Source: an uncultured Chloroflexia bacterium (GTDB lineage Bacteria > Chloroflexota > Anaerolineae > JAAYZQ01). From it: a DNA stretch of 64,000 nucleotides. The notes under the pieces were generated by a model. It saw nothing but the letters and a program-made list of their open reading frames with translations. It did not search any database and was not told the DNA's origin. Position 1 is the stretch's first letter. Each line of letters opens with the position of its first letter. The DNA lies in contig CAVOXA010000009.1 in NCBI GenBank assembly GCA_963700285.1, positions 128,001 to 192,000 on the forward strand. The letters run 5' to 3'. The position numbers were made by a program, and so were the translations under genes. Of the stretch, positions 49,512 to 60,327 are shown one piece after another.

Positions 49512-51897
49512 TCATGGTGTATTGTTTGTTGTAGGGGCAGAGCGGGGTGAAGGCAGCCCAGGGGACTCTTTAGCCTCCCGAGTCCCCTCAGAATCCTTGG
49601 AGCCTATGGGCTTCTTCCAGGTAGCCCACTCGCATGCCGGGTAGGTCGCGCATCCGTAGAACCGCCGTCTGCTTCGAGTCCGTTTCTCGACGACGGCTCC
49701 ACCACATTCGGGACAGGTCACACCGGGCAGAGGGATCGGTCCCGTGTAGCGACATTCCGGCCAGCCACTGCAGCCGATGAATTTGCCATATCGACCGTGC
49801 CTTATCACCAGGGGCTCACCACATTTTGGGCACAGCTCGCCGGTGGGTTCAGGTTTGATCTCGACGCGAGGCATCTTTGCGGTGGCCACTTCCATTGTCT
49901 GCGCAAACGGCTCGTAGAACTCGTGGAGCATAGGCATCCATTCTTGCTCACCGATGGCAATCTGATCCAGCTTTTCTTCCATCTCGGCCGTAAAGTCTAC
50001 GTTCACGATGTCGGAGAAGAACTCGACCAGGAGATCGTTGACGATAAACCCCAGTTCGGTGGGGATCAGTTTTCGATCCTCGCGCTCGACATAGTTGCGC
50101 TGTAGCAGGGTTGTCAAGATAGACGCGTAGGTACTGGGCCGGCCAATGCCATAGTCCTCCAGAGCGCGGATGAGTGAGGCGTCAGTGTAGCGGGGCGGTG
50201 GCTGGGTGAAAGTGCTGCTTGGGCAGCAGCCGGATCAGTTCCAGCATCTCCCCTTTCTCCAGAGGCGGAAGCCTCACGCCCTCGCCCTCGTCCTTGCCCT
50301 CTTCTTCGCGGCTTTCCTCGTAGACCTGCAGAAAGCCAGGGAACTTGATTACCGAGCCCGTGGCGCGAAACAGGTAGGGTTTTTCCTCACCGGCCCTGCC
50401 GGCGAGGATGTCTACGGATGTCTGGTCCAGGATGGCCGGGGCCATCTGGCTGGCAACGAATCGCTGCCAGATCAACGGGTACAGGCGCAATTCATCACGC
50501 GTCAGGTGGTCTTTGAGGGAGGCTGGGTCCCGCCGGACGCTGGTCGGACGGATCGCCTCGTGCGCTTCCTGGGCACTCTTGGCCCGTGTTTTGTACTGGG
50601 GTGGGTGGGGTGGAAGATACTCCTGGCCATAGCGTTCCAGGATGAGTTCCCGGGCTTCGGCCTGGGCCGACTCGGCGACGTTGACCGAGTCGGTGCGCAT
50701 ATAGGTGATCAGCCCCACCCGCTCGCCGTCGCCGATCTCCTTGCCCTCGTACAGGGCCTGGGCCAAGCCCATCGTCCGGCGGCTGTGTAACGCAGTTTTC
50801 GGCTGGCTTCCTGTTGAAGGGTACTGGTCATGAAGGGGGGAGCCGGCTTGTGGCGACGCTCCCGGCGGGTGACCTTGTCTACGATATAGTCTGCGCCCTC
50901 CAGATCGTCAAGCACTTGCTGGGCGTCGGACTCGGTTTTCAGGTCAGGGTCCTAGATCCCGGATCTTGAGCAATCGCGCGGTGAAACAATGATCTTGCTG
51001 GCTGCTGCCCGCCGGCTGGCCTGCTCCGCCATCTGCTTCCCCTGAGTATTGGCGGCTCGCTTGCTCTTTGCACAGCTCGGCCTCAATGGTCCAGTACTCC
51101 ACCGGTACAAAAGCCTGGATCTCCCGCTCTCGCTCGCAGACCAACCGCAGGGCGACTGACTGTACTCGGCCCGCCGACAGACCCTTCCGGCCCATCTTGT
51201 CCCGCAGGAGCGGGCTGAGGGTGTAGCCCACCACGCGGTCGAGGATGCGCCGTGCTTGCTGGGCATCGACCCGCGGCTGGTCGATCTCGCGGGGATGGGC
51301 AAAGGCGTGGTCGATGGCTTCATTGGTGATTTCGTGGAACTCTACCCGGTGGACGGGGATGCTGCCCAACTGGCGGTCAAGGGCCGCCCGCAGGTGCCAG
51401 GCGATGGCCTCGCCCTCGCGGTCGGGGTCGGTGGCCAGGTATACTTCTGATGCCTGCTTGGCTTTGGCTCGGAGCTCTTTCACCACGTCCTTTTTTTTGG
51501 CGGGGATTACATAGCGTGGCTCAAAATCATGCTCGATATCCACGCCCATCCGATTGGCTGGCAGGTCGCGGATGTGGCCCACTGACGACGTCACAGAGTA
51601 GCCCCGGCCCAGGAAACGACCGACGGTCCGAGCCTTGGCCGGTGATTCGACGATGACCATTTTGAGGCCGGAGGCCCGGCGCTGTTCGCTGGCCTTTGAG
51701 GGGAGCGTATGCGCGGCTGGGTCCAGACCGTCATGCGCGGACGTGCGACCGAACCGCGTGACCTTGGTACCACATTCCTGGCAGATGCCTTGCATGGCCG
51801 GGCGACTACTGTCGCCCAGAAAGACCGCCCTCGGCGAGTCTATATCCTGTTTCTGCCTGCACTTGGTACAATAGGCTTGCAGAGGTTGCTCAGACAT
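49512..51897 (-). CDS. topA: DNA topoisomerase I (apparent indels near 50953, 50778, 50207)
   Basis: [59 protein letters not shown] and C-terminal zinc ribbons, spread across four frame fragments. Confidence 0.92.
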
Positions 51898-51926
51898 CAG
51901 AGCCCCACTGAATGAACCGGAGATGG

Positions 51927-53042
51927 CTATTCGATGACATAGTCGATGCCGCCTTCGCTGGCCATGACGTAGTTCATGCCGCCCACCTGGCGTACCATGC
52001 CCTTGAGTTCCATCAGGGCCAGGGTGCTGGACACCTGGGCAATGGGCAGTTGGACGGCGCGGCGCAGTTCGTCCACGTGCACCGGCTCGGCGGACAGCTG
52101 TCCAGCAAAAGCGCCTCAGTTTCGTTTTCGGGAATCACGGCCCGTACCTGGGCCTGCTCGCTGACCATGGTCAGGTTCAGTTCCTCCAGCACATCGGCCA
52201 CGTTGCACACCATCTTGGCTCCTTGCTGGATGAGCTGGTTGGTTCCCCGGCTGCCCCGGTCGAAGATGTTGCCCGGAACGGCAAACACCTCGCGGCCCTG
52301 CTCGGCGGCAAAATCAGCGGTGATGAGCGCTCCACTGCCCAGATCCGCCTCGACGACGACGGTGCCCAGGGTCAGGCCGCTGATGATGCGGTTGCGAGGC
52401 GGAAAGTTGCTGGCCTCGGGCTGGGTACCCAGGGCATACTCGCTCACCAGCGCTCCCCGCTCCACGATCTCGGCGGCCAGGCGGCCGTTTTCGCGGGGAT
52501 AGACCACGTCCACACCGCAGCCCAAGACGGCGATGGTCCGCCCGCCTGCGTCCAGGCAGGCCCGGTGGGCGACGGTGTCGATGCCCGCGGGCCATGCCGC
52601 TGACTACCGTCACGCCGGCCTGGGCCAGGCCGCTGGCCATCATCCGCGCAGCCTCCTTGCCATAGACCGAGGCCCGGCGCGTGCCGACAACGGCCACAGC
52701 CCATTCGTCCCTCTTCTCGATCCGGCCCCGCACATAGAGAACGGGCGGCGCATTGAATACCTGGCGGAGATTGGGAGGATAGTCGGGATCATCCCAGGTA
52801 AGGACGTGGACCCCGGCCTGTGCCAACCGGGCCACCTCGGCATCCAGGTCCAGTTTGTCCCGCATCTTGAGCAGGTTGCTCAGGGAGCGCCGGTCGAGGC
52901 CTGCCTGTCGCAGGTCGTGGGCTGGTGCCTGCCAGGCAGTCTCCAGGTCGCCAAAATAGTCAAGCAGGGCCCGCAGCCGAGCTGCACCAATGCCCGATAC
53001 TTTGTTGAAGCCAATCCAATAGCGAACATCCTGTTCCGACAC
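51927..53042 (-). CDS. dprA: DNA-processing protein DprA/Smf (apparent indels near 52590 and 52100)
   Basis: [48 protein letters not shown]-terminal winged helix. Confidence 0.9.
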
Positions 53043-53148
53043 GAGCCTGTGTCTCCTGTAGTGTTGTCAATGGCCGGTACTTGCAGCGGCTGCCAAGGAT
53101 CCTGAACCTCCAAGAAGAGAGCCCTCTGTCAGGATGGGAAGCAAGTTT

Positions 53149-53177
53149 AGGATACACCAGACAGGGGGATTTGTCAA
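53149..53177 (-). promoter_or_regulatory. Sigma70 promoter of dprA-topA
   Basis: Minus strand reads TTGACA, 17 nt, TATCCT. Confidence 0.6.
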
Positions 53178-53294
53178 AGTCTGATGGTTGGCGCCAGAGA
53201 GCCAGGGCCATGCAGAGAACTCGATCCTCTGGGGGCACTGCCAGACGGGGGATGTCCGGCAGAAGGCTGAAAGCTATACTTGAGGCCTGCTTGC

Positions 53295-53878
53295 TCAGAT
53301 CAGTCCTTCAGGCAGTTCAACGACCAGCCGGCCGACCTCCAGATCGACCTCTAGTACCACGTTCGTCGATGGCTGGAATCAGAACCTCTCGGGGGTCTGG
53401 TCCGGCGCCACGAACAACGTACACTTCGTTGGCACCGGTGTAGATGATCTCGTCTACGCTGCCCAGGCAGCTCGCCAGACGCGGTCCATACTTCAAGCCC
53501 CAGGATCTGATATTCAAAGTACTCGCCTTCCTCCAGCGGGATCGCTTCGTCGAAAGGGACCTGAACCAGGTAGCCCGCGCAGAGCCTCAGCAGTGGCTCG
53601 ATCCTCGCAGCCCTCAAGCTGCAGCAATGCCCGCCCCTTGTGCAGGCGATAGCCTGGTCACAGGCCACGGGTGAAGGCTCCTCATCCTCCAGACCGAGGA
53701 ATACCCGCTCCAGCTGTCCAAAGCGGTGGGGATCATCGGTCAGGAGTTGAACCTTGAGTTCACCGCGCAGGCCGTGGGCGCCGACGATCTGGCCCACCGC
53801 CAAGTAACGGGGCTCAGGAGGACGTTCCTGCCCCCCTGAGCCCCGCTCGTATTCTGATCGATGGCCGCTGTGCGGCAC
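53295..53878 (-). CDS. rimM: 16S rRNA processing protein RimM (several apparent indels)
   Basis: VGQIVGAHGLRGELKV, LEEGEYFEYQILGLEV, TGANEVYVV, EVLIPA, ending ELPEGLI. Confidence 0.88.
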
Positions 53879-53884
53879 GGCGCA

Positions 53885-54119
53885 CTAGACGATCTCCAGG
53901 GTCACCCGCCGACCCTGACGGGCAGCCGCTGCGCGCAAGCAGCGTCCGCATGGCATTGGCCACACGTCCCTGCTTGCCGATGACACGTCCCATGTCTTCG
54001 GGCGCCACGCGCAACTCGTAGATGGTTGCGCTGGTGCCTTCGATCTCTTCAACCTGGACCTGGTCTGGATCGTCTACCAGGGCCTTGGCCATGTACTCGA
54101 TCAGTTCTTTCATGTTCAT
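53885..54119 (-). CDS. khpA: KH-domain RNA-binding protein KhpA (apparent indel near 53935)
   Basis: MKELIEYMAKALVDDPD, DMGRVIGKQGRVANAMR, and RVTLEIV in the shifted frame; lies between rpsP and rimM. Confidence 0.9.
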
Positions 54120-54163
54120 GTTCTGCCTCTCTTTCTAGTGTGTTTGTGAAGTGACGATACGTC

Positions 54164-54797
54164 CTATTCGTCGTCCTCGTCGGCTCGTCCTCTTCGACGT
54201 CATCGTCCTCAGTCCTCTTCCAAGTCCTCCGTCGTCTTCGGCTTCTAGTACCTCTGCTTCCTCAATCATCCTCTTGGTCGTCCACCTCGTCGTCACTCGT
54301 CGAGCAGATCTTCCTCGAGTTCGTCCTCGTCGTCCTCTTCCTCGTCATCCTCTTCTCCGGCGGCCTCAACAGCTTCCTCTTCAGCCTCGGCTTCCTCCTC
54401 GGCCTCGATCACTGCCTCTTCGACCTCCTCCTCAACCTCAACTTCGACGACTTCGGCTTCCTCTTCAACCTCAACTACTTCTATCAAGTCCTCAACCGCC
54501 TCAGTCTCAGGCTCTACTTCCGGCGGCGCCTCGCCACGCTTGATGGCTTCGGCTCTCGCCGAGATACCCATCTTGTCCAGCATGCGCTTGACCGCTTCGC
54601 TCGGCTGAGCGCCAACGCTCAGCCAGTAGAGCGCCCGCTCGGCGTCGATCTCCACGGTCGGCGGCTCGGTGCGCGGATTGTAGTGGCCAATCGTCTCGAG
54701 GAACTTGCCATCGCGCGGCGATCCGGGAATCGGCCACCACGACGCGATAGTGCGGCTGCTTCTTGGCGCCTACTCGGCGCAGTCTGATTTTTACCAT
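54164..54797 (-). CDS. rpsP: 30S ribosomal protein S16 with long acidic C-terminal extension (apparent indels)
   Basis: MVKIRLRRVGAKKQPHYRVVVADSR, IGHYNP, YWLSVGAQPSE. Glu/Asp codons continue to TAG at 54164-66, so the true end is uncertain (54293 as read). Confidence 0.9.
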
Positions 54798-54921
54798 GTC
54801 TCTCTAGACACCTCCTTCAAGTCTGGCTAGTCCTGATAACGCGTTTGTGGACTAGGTCCTCGGGTCGCCTGAGAGCAATTGACGTCGTCTTGGTCCGGGC
54901 TCGCGCTGTTGTGTACTGCAG

Positions 54922-56297
54922 TCAAGCTGTGTTCCGGCGCCAACCTGTCCAGCCCATCCCAAGCATGGACATCAAGCCTCGCATCCCGCCGCGACCGCGT
55001 TTGCCACCGCCGGCAAGTTGCTTCATCATGCGCTGCATCTGGCGGAACTGGGACAGCAGATCGTTGACCTCCATCACCGTCGTGCCGGAGCCGCGGGCGA
55101 TGCGCCGCTTGCGGCTGGCGTTGATGATGCGCGGGTTGTGGCGCTCCTCGGGCGTCATCGAGTTGATGATCGCCTCGATCATCTTCATCTGCTGGTCGGT
55201 GACCTCGGGCGCAATGTCCTGGGTCATCTGCGACATGCCCGGGAATCATGTCCAGCAACTGGCTGATCGGTCCCATCTTTTTGAGCTGCTGGAGCTGATC
55301 CCGGAAATCCTCCAGGTCGAACTCGCCCTTGACCAGCTTCTGGCCCATCTTGCAGGGCCTGTTCCTGGTCCATGACCTCTTGGGCCTTTTCGATGGCGGT
55401 CAGCACGTCGCCCATGCCCAGGATGCGGCTGGCCAGCCGGTCGGGGTGAAAGACTTCCAGGGCATCGGTCTTTTCGCCCACGCCCAGGAACTTGATGGGC
55501 ACGCCCGTCACCGAGCGGACCGAGATGGCCGCGCCGCCACGGGCATCGCCGTCCACCTTGGTCAGGATCAGGCCGGTGATGCCCACCCGCTTGTTAAACT
55601 CGTCGGCCACGCGCACGGCATCCTGGCCGGTCATGGCATCGACCACCAGCAGCACCTCCTGGGGCTTGGTCTGGGCCTTGACCTGCTCCAGCTCGCGCAT
55701 CATGTCGTCGTCGATGTGCAGCCGGCCGGCGGTGTCCAGCAGCACGACGCTGTAGGCCGCCTCGCGGGCGCGCTTGACGGCGTTGGCGCAGATCTTGGGC
55801 GGCGGGACCTTGGTCCCCTCGCTGTGGACCGGGATGTCGAGCTGCTTGCCCAGCACCTCGAGCTGCTTGATGGCCGCCGGCCGGTAGGTGTCAGCCGCCA
55901 CCAGCAGCGGCCGCTGCCCGCTCTTGCGCAGGTTCAGGGCCAGCTTGGCCGCCGTCGTCGTCTTGCCCGAGCCCTGCAAGCCCACCAGCATGATCACGTG
56001 CGGCGACGGCCCCGACAGATCCAGGCGCGCCGGCTCGCCCAGCGTGGCGATCAGCTCTTCGTGGACGATCTTGATCACCTGCTGGGCCGGCGTCAGGCTC
56101 TTCATCACCTCGACGCCGACGGCCCGCTCGCGGACGCGCTTGATAAAGTCCTTGACGACCTTAAAGTTGACGTCGGCTTCCAGCAGCGCCAGCCGGACCT
56201 CGCGCAGGGCGGCATCAACGTCCGCCTCGCTCAGCTTGCCCCGGTTGGAGAGCTTGCTGAATACGCCCTGTAGTTTGTCCGACAGGTTCTCAAACAC
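54922..56297 (-). CDS. ffh: Signal recognition particle protein Ffh (apparent indels near 55350 and 55240)
   Basis: [44 protein letters not shown], and M-domain [21 protein letters not shown]. Confidence 0.95.
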
Positions 56298-56339
56298 AGT
56301 GCGTTCCTTGTCTGGCCTGAATCCAATTACCGAGTCTAT

Positions 56340-56368
56340 ATTCTATGTCAGATGGCAGATTTCGTCAA
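56340..56368 (-). promoter_or_regulatory. Sigma70 promoter of the ffh operon
   Basis: Minus strand reads TTGACG, 17 nt, TAGAAT. Confidence 0.75.
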
Positions 56369-56534
56369 GCTTGCGGGCGAGTGGGGCGGCTCACCGCGAC
56401 ATTCGGCCAAGAGGCTCTCTGGGGCGCTGTGGCTTGCGGAGCGCAGCTTTTGGATCATTTCCCTGCCTCGACCGCCCTCAAGACGAGAACTACGATTCCA
56501 GGTGCAACTACCCTGGCCTGTACTGCGCAATCCG

Positions 56535-56563
56535 TTGACAGCCCACCCAAAGTGGGGTAGAAT
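56535..56563 (+). promoter_or_regulatory. Sigma70 promoter of the alcohol dehydrogenase gene
   Basis: TTGACA, 17 nt, TAGAAT; the spacer contains a CCCAC/GTGGG inverted repeat. Confidence 0.78.
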
Positions 56564-56609
56564 GGCGGCAACCTGCTGACCGTGCAGGGCTTTTTGCGAG
56601 GTGGTGCGC

Positions 56610-57612
56610 GTGAAGGCAATGATCCTGCGGGAGCCAAAACCAGCCGAAGAGAACCCGCTAGCCTGGGCAGATCTGCCCAGGCCAGAGCCTGCTGCCGGCC
56701 AGGTGCGCCTGCGCGTGCGGGCCTGCGGCGTGTGCCACACGGATCTGCACCTCGTGGAGGGCGAGATCCCGCTGCCCCGGCTGCCTGTGGTGCCCGGCCA
56801 CCAGATCGTCGGCGGAAGTGGATGCCCTGGGTGAGGGCGCGAGCCGTTATTCCCTTGGCGACCGGGTTGGGGTGCCCTGGCTCTATTCGACCTGCGGCGC
56901 CTGCGATTACTGCCAGCGCGGCCTGGAGAATCTGTGCGACAATGCGCGCTTTACGGGGCAGCACGCCGACGGTGGTTTTGCCGAGTATATGGTTGTGCCG
57001 GCGGGCTTTGCCTACGCCATCCCGGATGGCTTCCCGGATGCGCAGGCAGCGCCGCTCCTGTGCGCGGGCATCATCGGCTACCGCTCGCTGCGGCTGTGCG
57101 AGATCCAGCCGGGTGGCCGCCTGGGACTCTATGGCTTTGGCGCCTCGGCCCACGTGACGATCCAGGTGGCCCGCCACTGGGGGTGCGAGGTCTATGTCTT
57201 CACCCGTAGCGAGGAGCACCAGCGCCATGCCCTGGACTTGGGCGCGGTCTGGGTGGGCCAGGCCCAGGATACCCCGCCTGAAGAACTGGATAGCGCCATC
57301 ACCTTTGCCCCGGCTGGCTGGCTGGTGCCGGAGGCGCTGCGGGTACTGCGCAAGGGCGGCACGCTGGCCATCAATGCCATCCACATGAGCCCCATTCCCG
57401 AGATGTCCGTATGCGACACTCTATGGTGAGCGTACCGTCCGCAGCGTGGCCAACGCCACCCGGCAGGATGCCCAGGAGCTGCTGCGATCTGGCGGCCGAG
57501 ATCCCGATCCATACGGATGTGGAACTGTATCGGGCTGGATGAGGCCAATGAGGTGCTACAGCGTCTGAAGAGGAGCGAGATCCAGGGCGCGGCCGTGCTG
57601 CAGTTGTCGTGA
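56610..57612 (+). CDS. Zinc-dependent alcohol dehydrogenase family protein (apparent indels)
   Basis: [23 protein letters not shown]...[20 protein letters not shown], ending GAAVL. Confidence 0.88.
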
Positions 57613-57660
57613 GCTCCCTCGGCCTGGGACATTCATCTAACTTTGGAGGACAGCTTCTGT

Positions 57661-58473
57661 ATGAGAGACCGAGTTTTTTTACTAGCTGGTCTGATCGTCG
57701 TTTTGGCCCTGGTGCTGATGGGCTGCTCGTTGGGGCCCATCGGGGCGGCGAGAATCACAGCCACGCCCACCAAGACGGTGCGTCCAATCTTGACGGCGAC
57801 CCTGACGCCCACCGCTTCTCCACCGGCCACTGAAACGCCCCTGCCGACTGATACCCTGCCGCCACCCACCGATACGCCGGTTCCGACCGATATACCTTTG
57901 CCCACAGATACACCTATGCCCACTGATACGGCGCTGCCGCCAACCGATGTGCCTCTGCCGACCGATACGGCCGTGCCTCCGACGGATACGCCAGCGCCTC
58001 CGCCAGACACTCCCCAGCCGGCGGCGACCAGTACCCCTGCTCCACCCACGAATACGCCCAAGCCCAAGGTTGATTTCCAGATCAGGGAGATCGTGGCCAA
58101 AGAGGACGGGAGCTTGACAAAGTCTGGATTTCACAACATCTACTTCACCGTGATTGATGCCAGCGGTAGCCCACTCGATAACATCCTTCTTGACGACGAG
58201 AACGGCCAAGCTCACTTCCAGCCAGTAACCGGTTCCAAGGGTCCTGGCAAGGCCGAGTTCGAGATGCTCTATGCCGTCTACAACTTCAAGGTGGTGGGAG
58301 ATACCAGTGGCAAGACTTACACGAGCGAGATAACTCACCCGTTGACTGTGCTACAAGGGCAAGGGGTCTGGGATGACTTGATCCGTGGAGGTATCTGCGC
58401 CGATATACCCTCCTGCCAGGCCCTGGGACAGATTCACTATAGCTACGATGTCACTTTCCAGCGGACGTGGTAG
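57661..58473 (+). CDS. Lipoprotein with a PTDT-repeat stalk and C-terminal beta-rich domain
   Basis: GGAGG RBS, lipobox LMGC, Pro/Thr repeats, C-terminal HYSYDVTFQRTW. Confidence 0.78.
   Translation: MRDRVFLLAGLIVVLALVLMGCSLGPIGAARITATPTKTVRPILTATLTPTASPPATETPLPTDTLPPPTDTPVPTDIPLPTDTPMPTDTALPPTDVPLPTDTAVPPTDTPAPPPDTPQPAATSTPAPPTNTPKPKVDFQIREIVAKEDGSLTKSGFHNIYFTVIDASGSPLDNILLDDENGQAHFQPVTGSKGPGKAEFEMLYAVYNFKVVGDTSGKTYTSEITHPLTVLQGQGVWDDLIRGGICADIPSCQALGQIHYSYDVTFQRTW
57844..58065 (+). repeat. Coding tandem repeats of 6-7 aa (PTDT-x-x[-P])
   Basis: PTDTLPP PTDTPV PTDIPL PTDTPM PTDTALP PTDVPL PTDTAVP PTDTPAP PPDTPQ ... PTNTPKP. Confidence 0.85.
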
Positions 58474-58568
58474 GCGATGGAATCCAGGCTGAACCCTGGC
58501 CTCGCCATGAAGACGGGCTGTAGCGCCGGGGGGCTCTCGGACCGTGGGACAGAGCAGTGGAGAGGGCG

Positions 58569-60320
58569 ATGACGGTTAGCCGGTCAGGGACCCGGTGGCT
58601 CGGCTGTGGCTTGGGCCTGATCCTGGCCCTCGTGGTCATGGCCGGGGGTCTGGTGCTGACTCACCCGCTCTGGTCGGAGCTTTCTGTTCAACGTGACCGG
58701 CGAAGAATCGCTAGCCGGCCAGGTGCGGGGCGGCCTGGAGTGGCTGGGCAATATCACCCGCCCCCGACCCGAGACCGCCGATCTTGTGCCGGTGGCCAAC
58801 GCCGGCGTCAATCCCTTCGGCGTGAACATCTTTCTGGAGCAGGAGGTCGAGCCGGAGAAGCGGGAGCAGGCCGTGCAGATGATCGCCGATGCCGGCTTTC
58901 ACTGGATCCGCCAGGAGTTCCCCTGGGAGGACATCGAGATCCACGGCAAGGGCGATTTCGAGGACCGCCGCCACGAGCCGTACCGCTCCGCCTGGGACAA
59001 ATACGACCAGATCGTCGACCTGGCCGAGCAGTACGGCCTGGAGATCATTGCCCGGCTGAGCAACCCGCCGGCCTGGAGCCGCGCCGAGGGCGACGCCGCG
59101 GGCGCCTTTGCCCCGCCCGACAACCTGGACGACTATGGCGACTTTGTCGAGGCGGTGGTGCGCCGCTACCAGGGTCGCATCCGCTACTACCAGATCTGGA
59201 ACGAGCCCAACATCTATCCCGAGTGGGGCGAGCGGCCGGTCAGCCCTGAGGAGTACACCGAGCTGCTCAAGGTGGGCTATACGCGGGTCAAGGCGGCCTG
59301 CCCCGAGTGTGTCGTCATCTCCGGCGCGCTGGCCCAGACCATCCCCCTCGGGCCCCGCGACCTGAACGACTTCATCTTTTTGCAGCGGATGTACGACGCC
59401 GGGGCGGGCGACTACTTCGACGTGCTGGCCATGCAGGGCTACGGCCTGTGGTCCGGCCCCACCGACCGGCGGATGCGGCCGCGGGTGCTCAACTTCTCGC
59501 GGCCCCTCTACCTGCGCGAGATCATGGTCCACAATGGCGACGCGGACAAGCCGATCTGGATCACCGAGATGAACTGGAACGCGCCGCCGCCCGATTTGCC
59601 CGAACAAGCAGTTCGGCCTCGTCACGCCCGAGCAGCAGGCCCGCTACGCGGTGCTGGCCTACCAGCGCGCCCAGCAGGAGTGGCCCTGGCTGGGCGTGGT
59701 CAACGTCTGGTTCTTCAAGCGGGCCACCGACGCCGAGCACGGACCAGGCCATGTACTATTTCCGCCTGGTGGAGCCCGACTTTACGCCGATGCCGGTCTA
59801 CGACGCGCTGAAGGATTATATGCACCAGCGACGAGGCGCGGGTCCTGTATCCCGGCGTGCACCAGGAGGACCACTGGGCGCTGGAGTACGAGGGGGAGTG
59901 GACGCCGCGACTCCATCCCGACGCTGAGCTGGGCTCCGACCTGGCGACGCCTGATTCCTCACAGGCGATCTTGAGATTCGCCTTTGACGGCACCGATCTG
60001 TGCCCTTAAAGCCGGGCCGGATGTCCGCGGAGCGATCGTCTATACAATCGACGGTGGCGCTGAGCAAAAGATGGGCATCGACGCCGGCCGGCAAGTACCG
60101 CTGGCCCAAGGTCTGGCAAGCGGCCGTCACGACGTCACCATCCGGGCCGCTTCAGGTAGGACTGTCGGTGGACAGCCTGACGGTCCGGGATCGTTTGGGT
60201 TATGGGCCGTGGCTGGTCGCCGGCGGCGTGATCCTGGCTGGAATCCTCGTCGTAGTTCTGATCCTCGGCGCGGCAGTCCGGCGTCGCCGCTGGTATGAGC
60301 GCAGCCGGGCGATTCGCTGA
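58569..60320 (+). CDS. Membrane-anchored clan GH-A glycoside hydrolase (GH5/GH39-like; multiple apparent indels)
   Basis: WIRQEFPWEDIE, YQIWNEPN (acid/base), PIWITEMNW (nucleophile). TM helices at both termini. Confidence 0.8.
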
Positions 60321-60327
60321 GCGAAAC

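Noticed and set aside
49512-57612. Mass pseudogenisation or programmed frameshifting of topA, dprA, rimM, khpA, rpsP, ffh and adh
   Set aside because: Several of these genes are essential, the protein fragments are fully conserved, and no consistent slippery motifs are present; sequencing indels are far more likely.
57844-58065. CRISPR-like or non-coding repeat array
   Set aside because: The repeats are in-frame, degenerate at third codon positions and lack unique spacers; they encode a peptide stalk.
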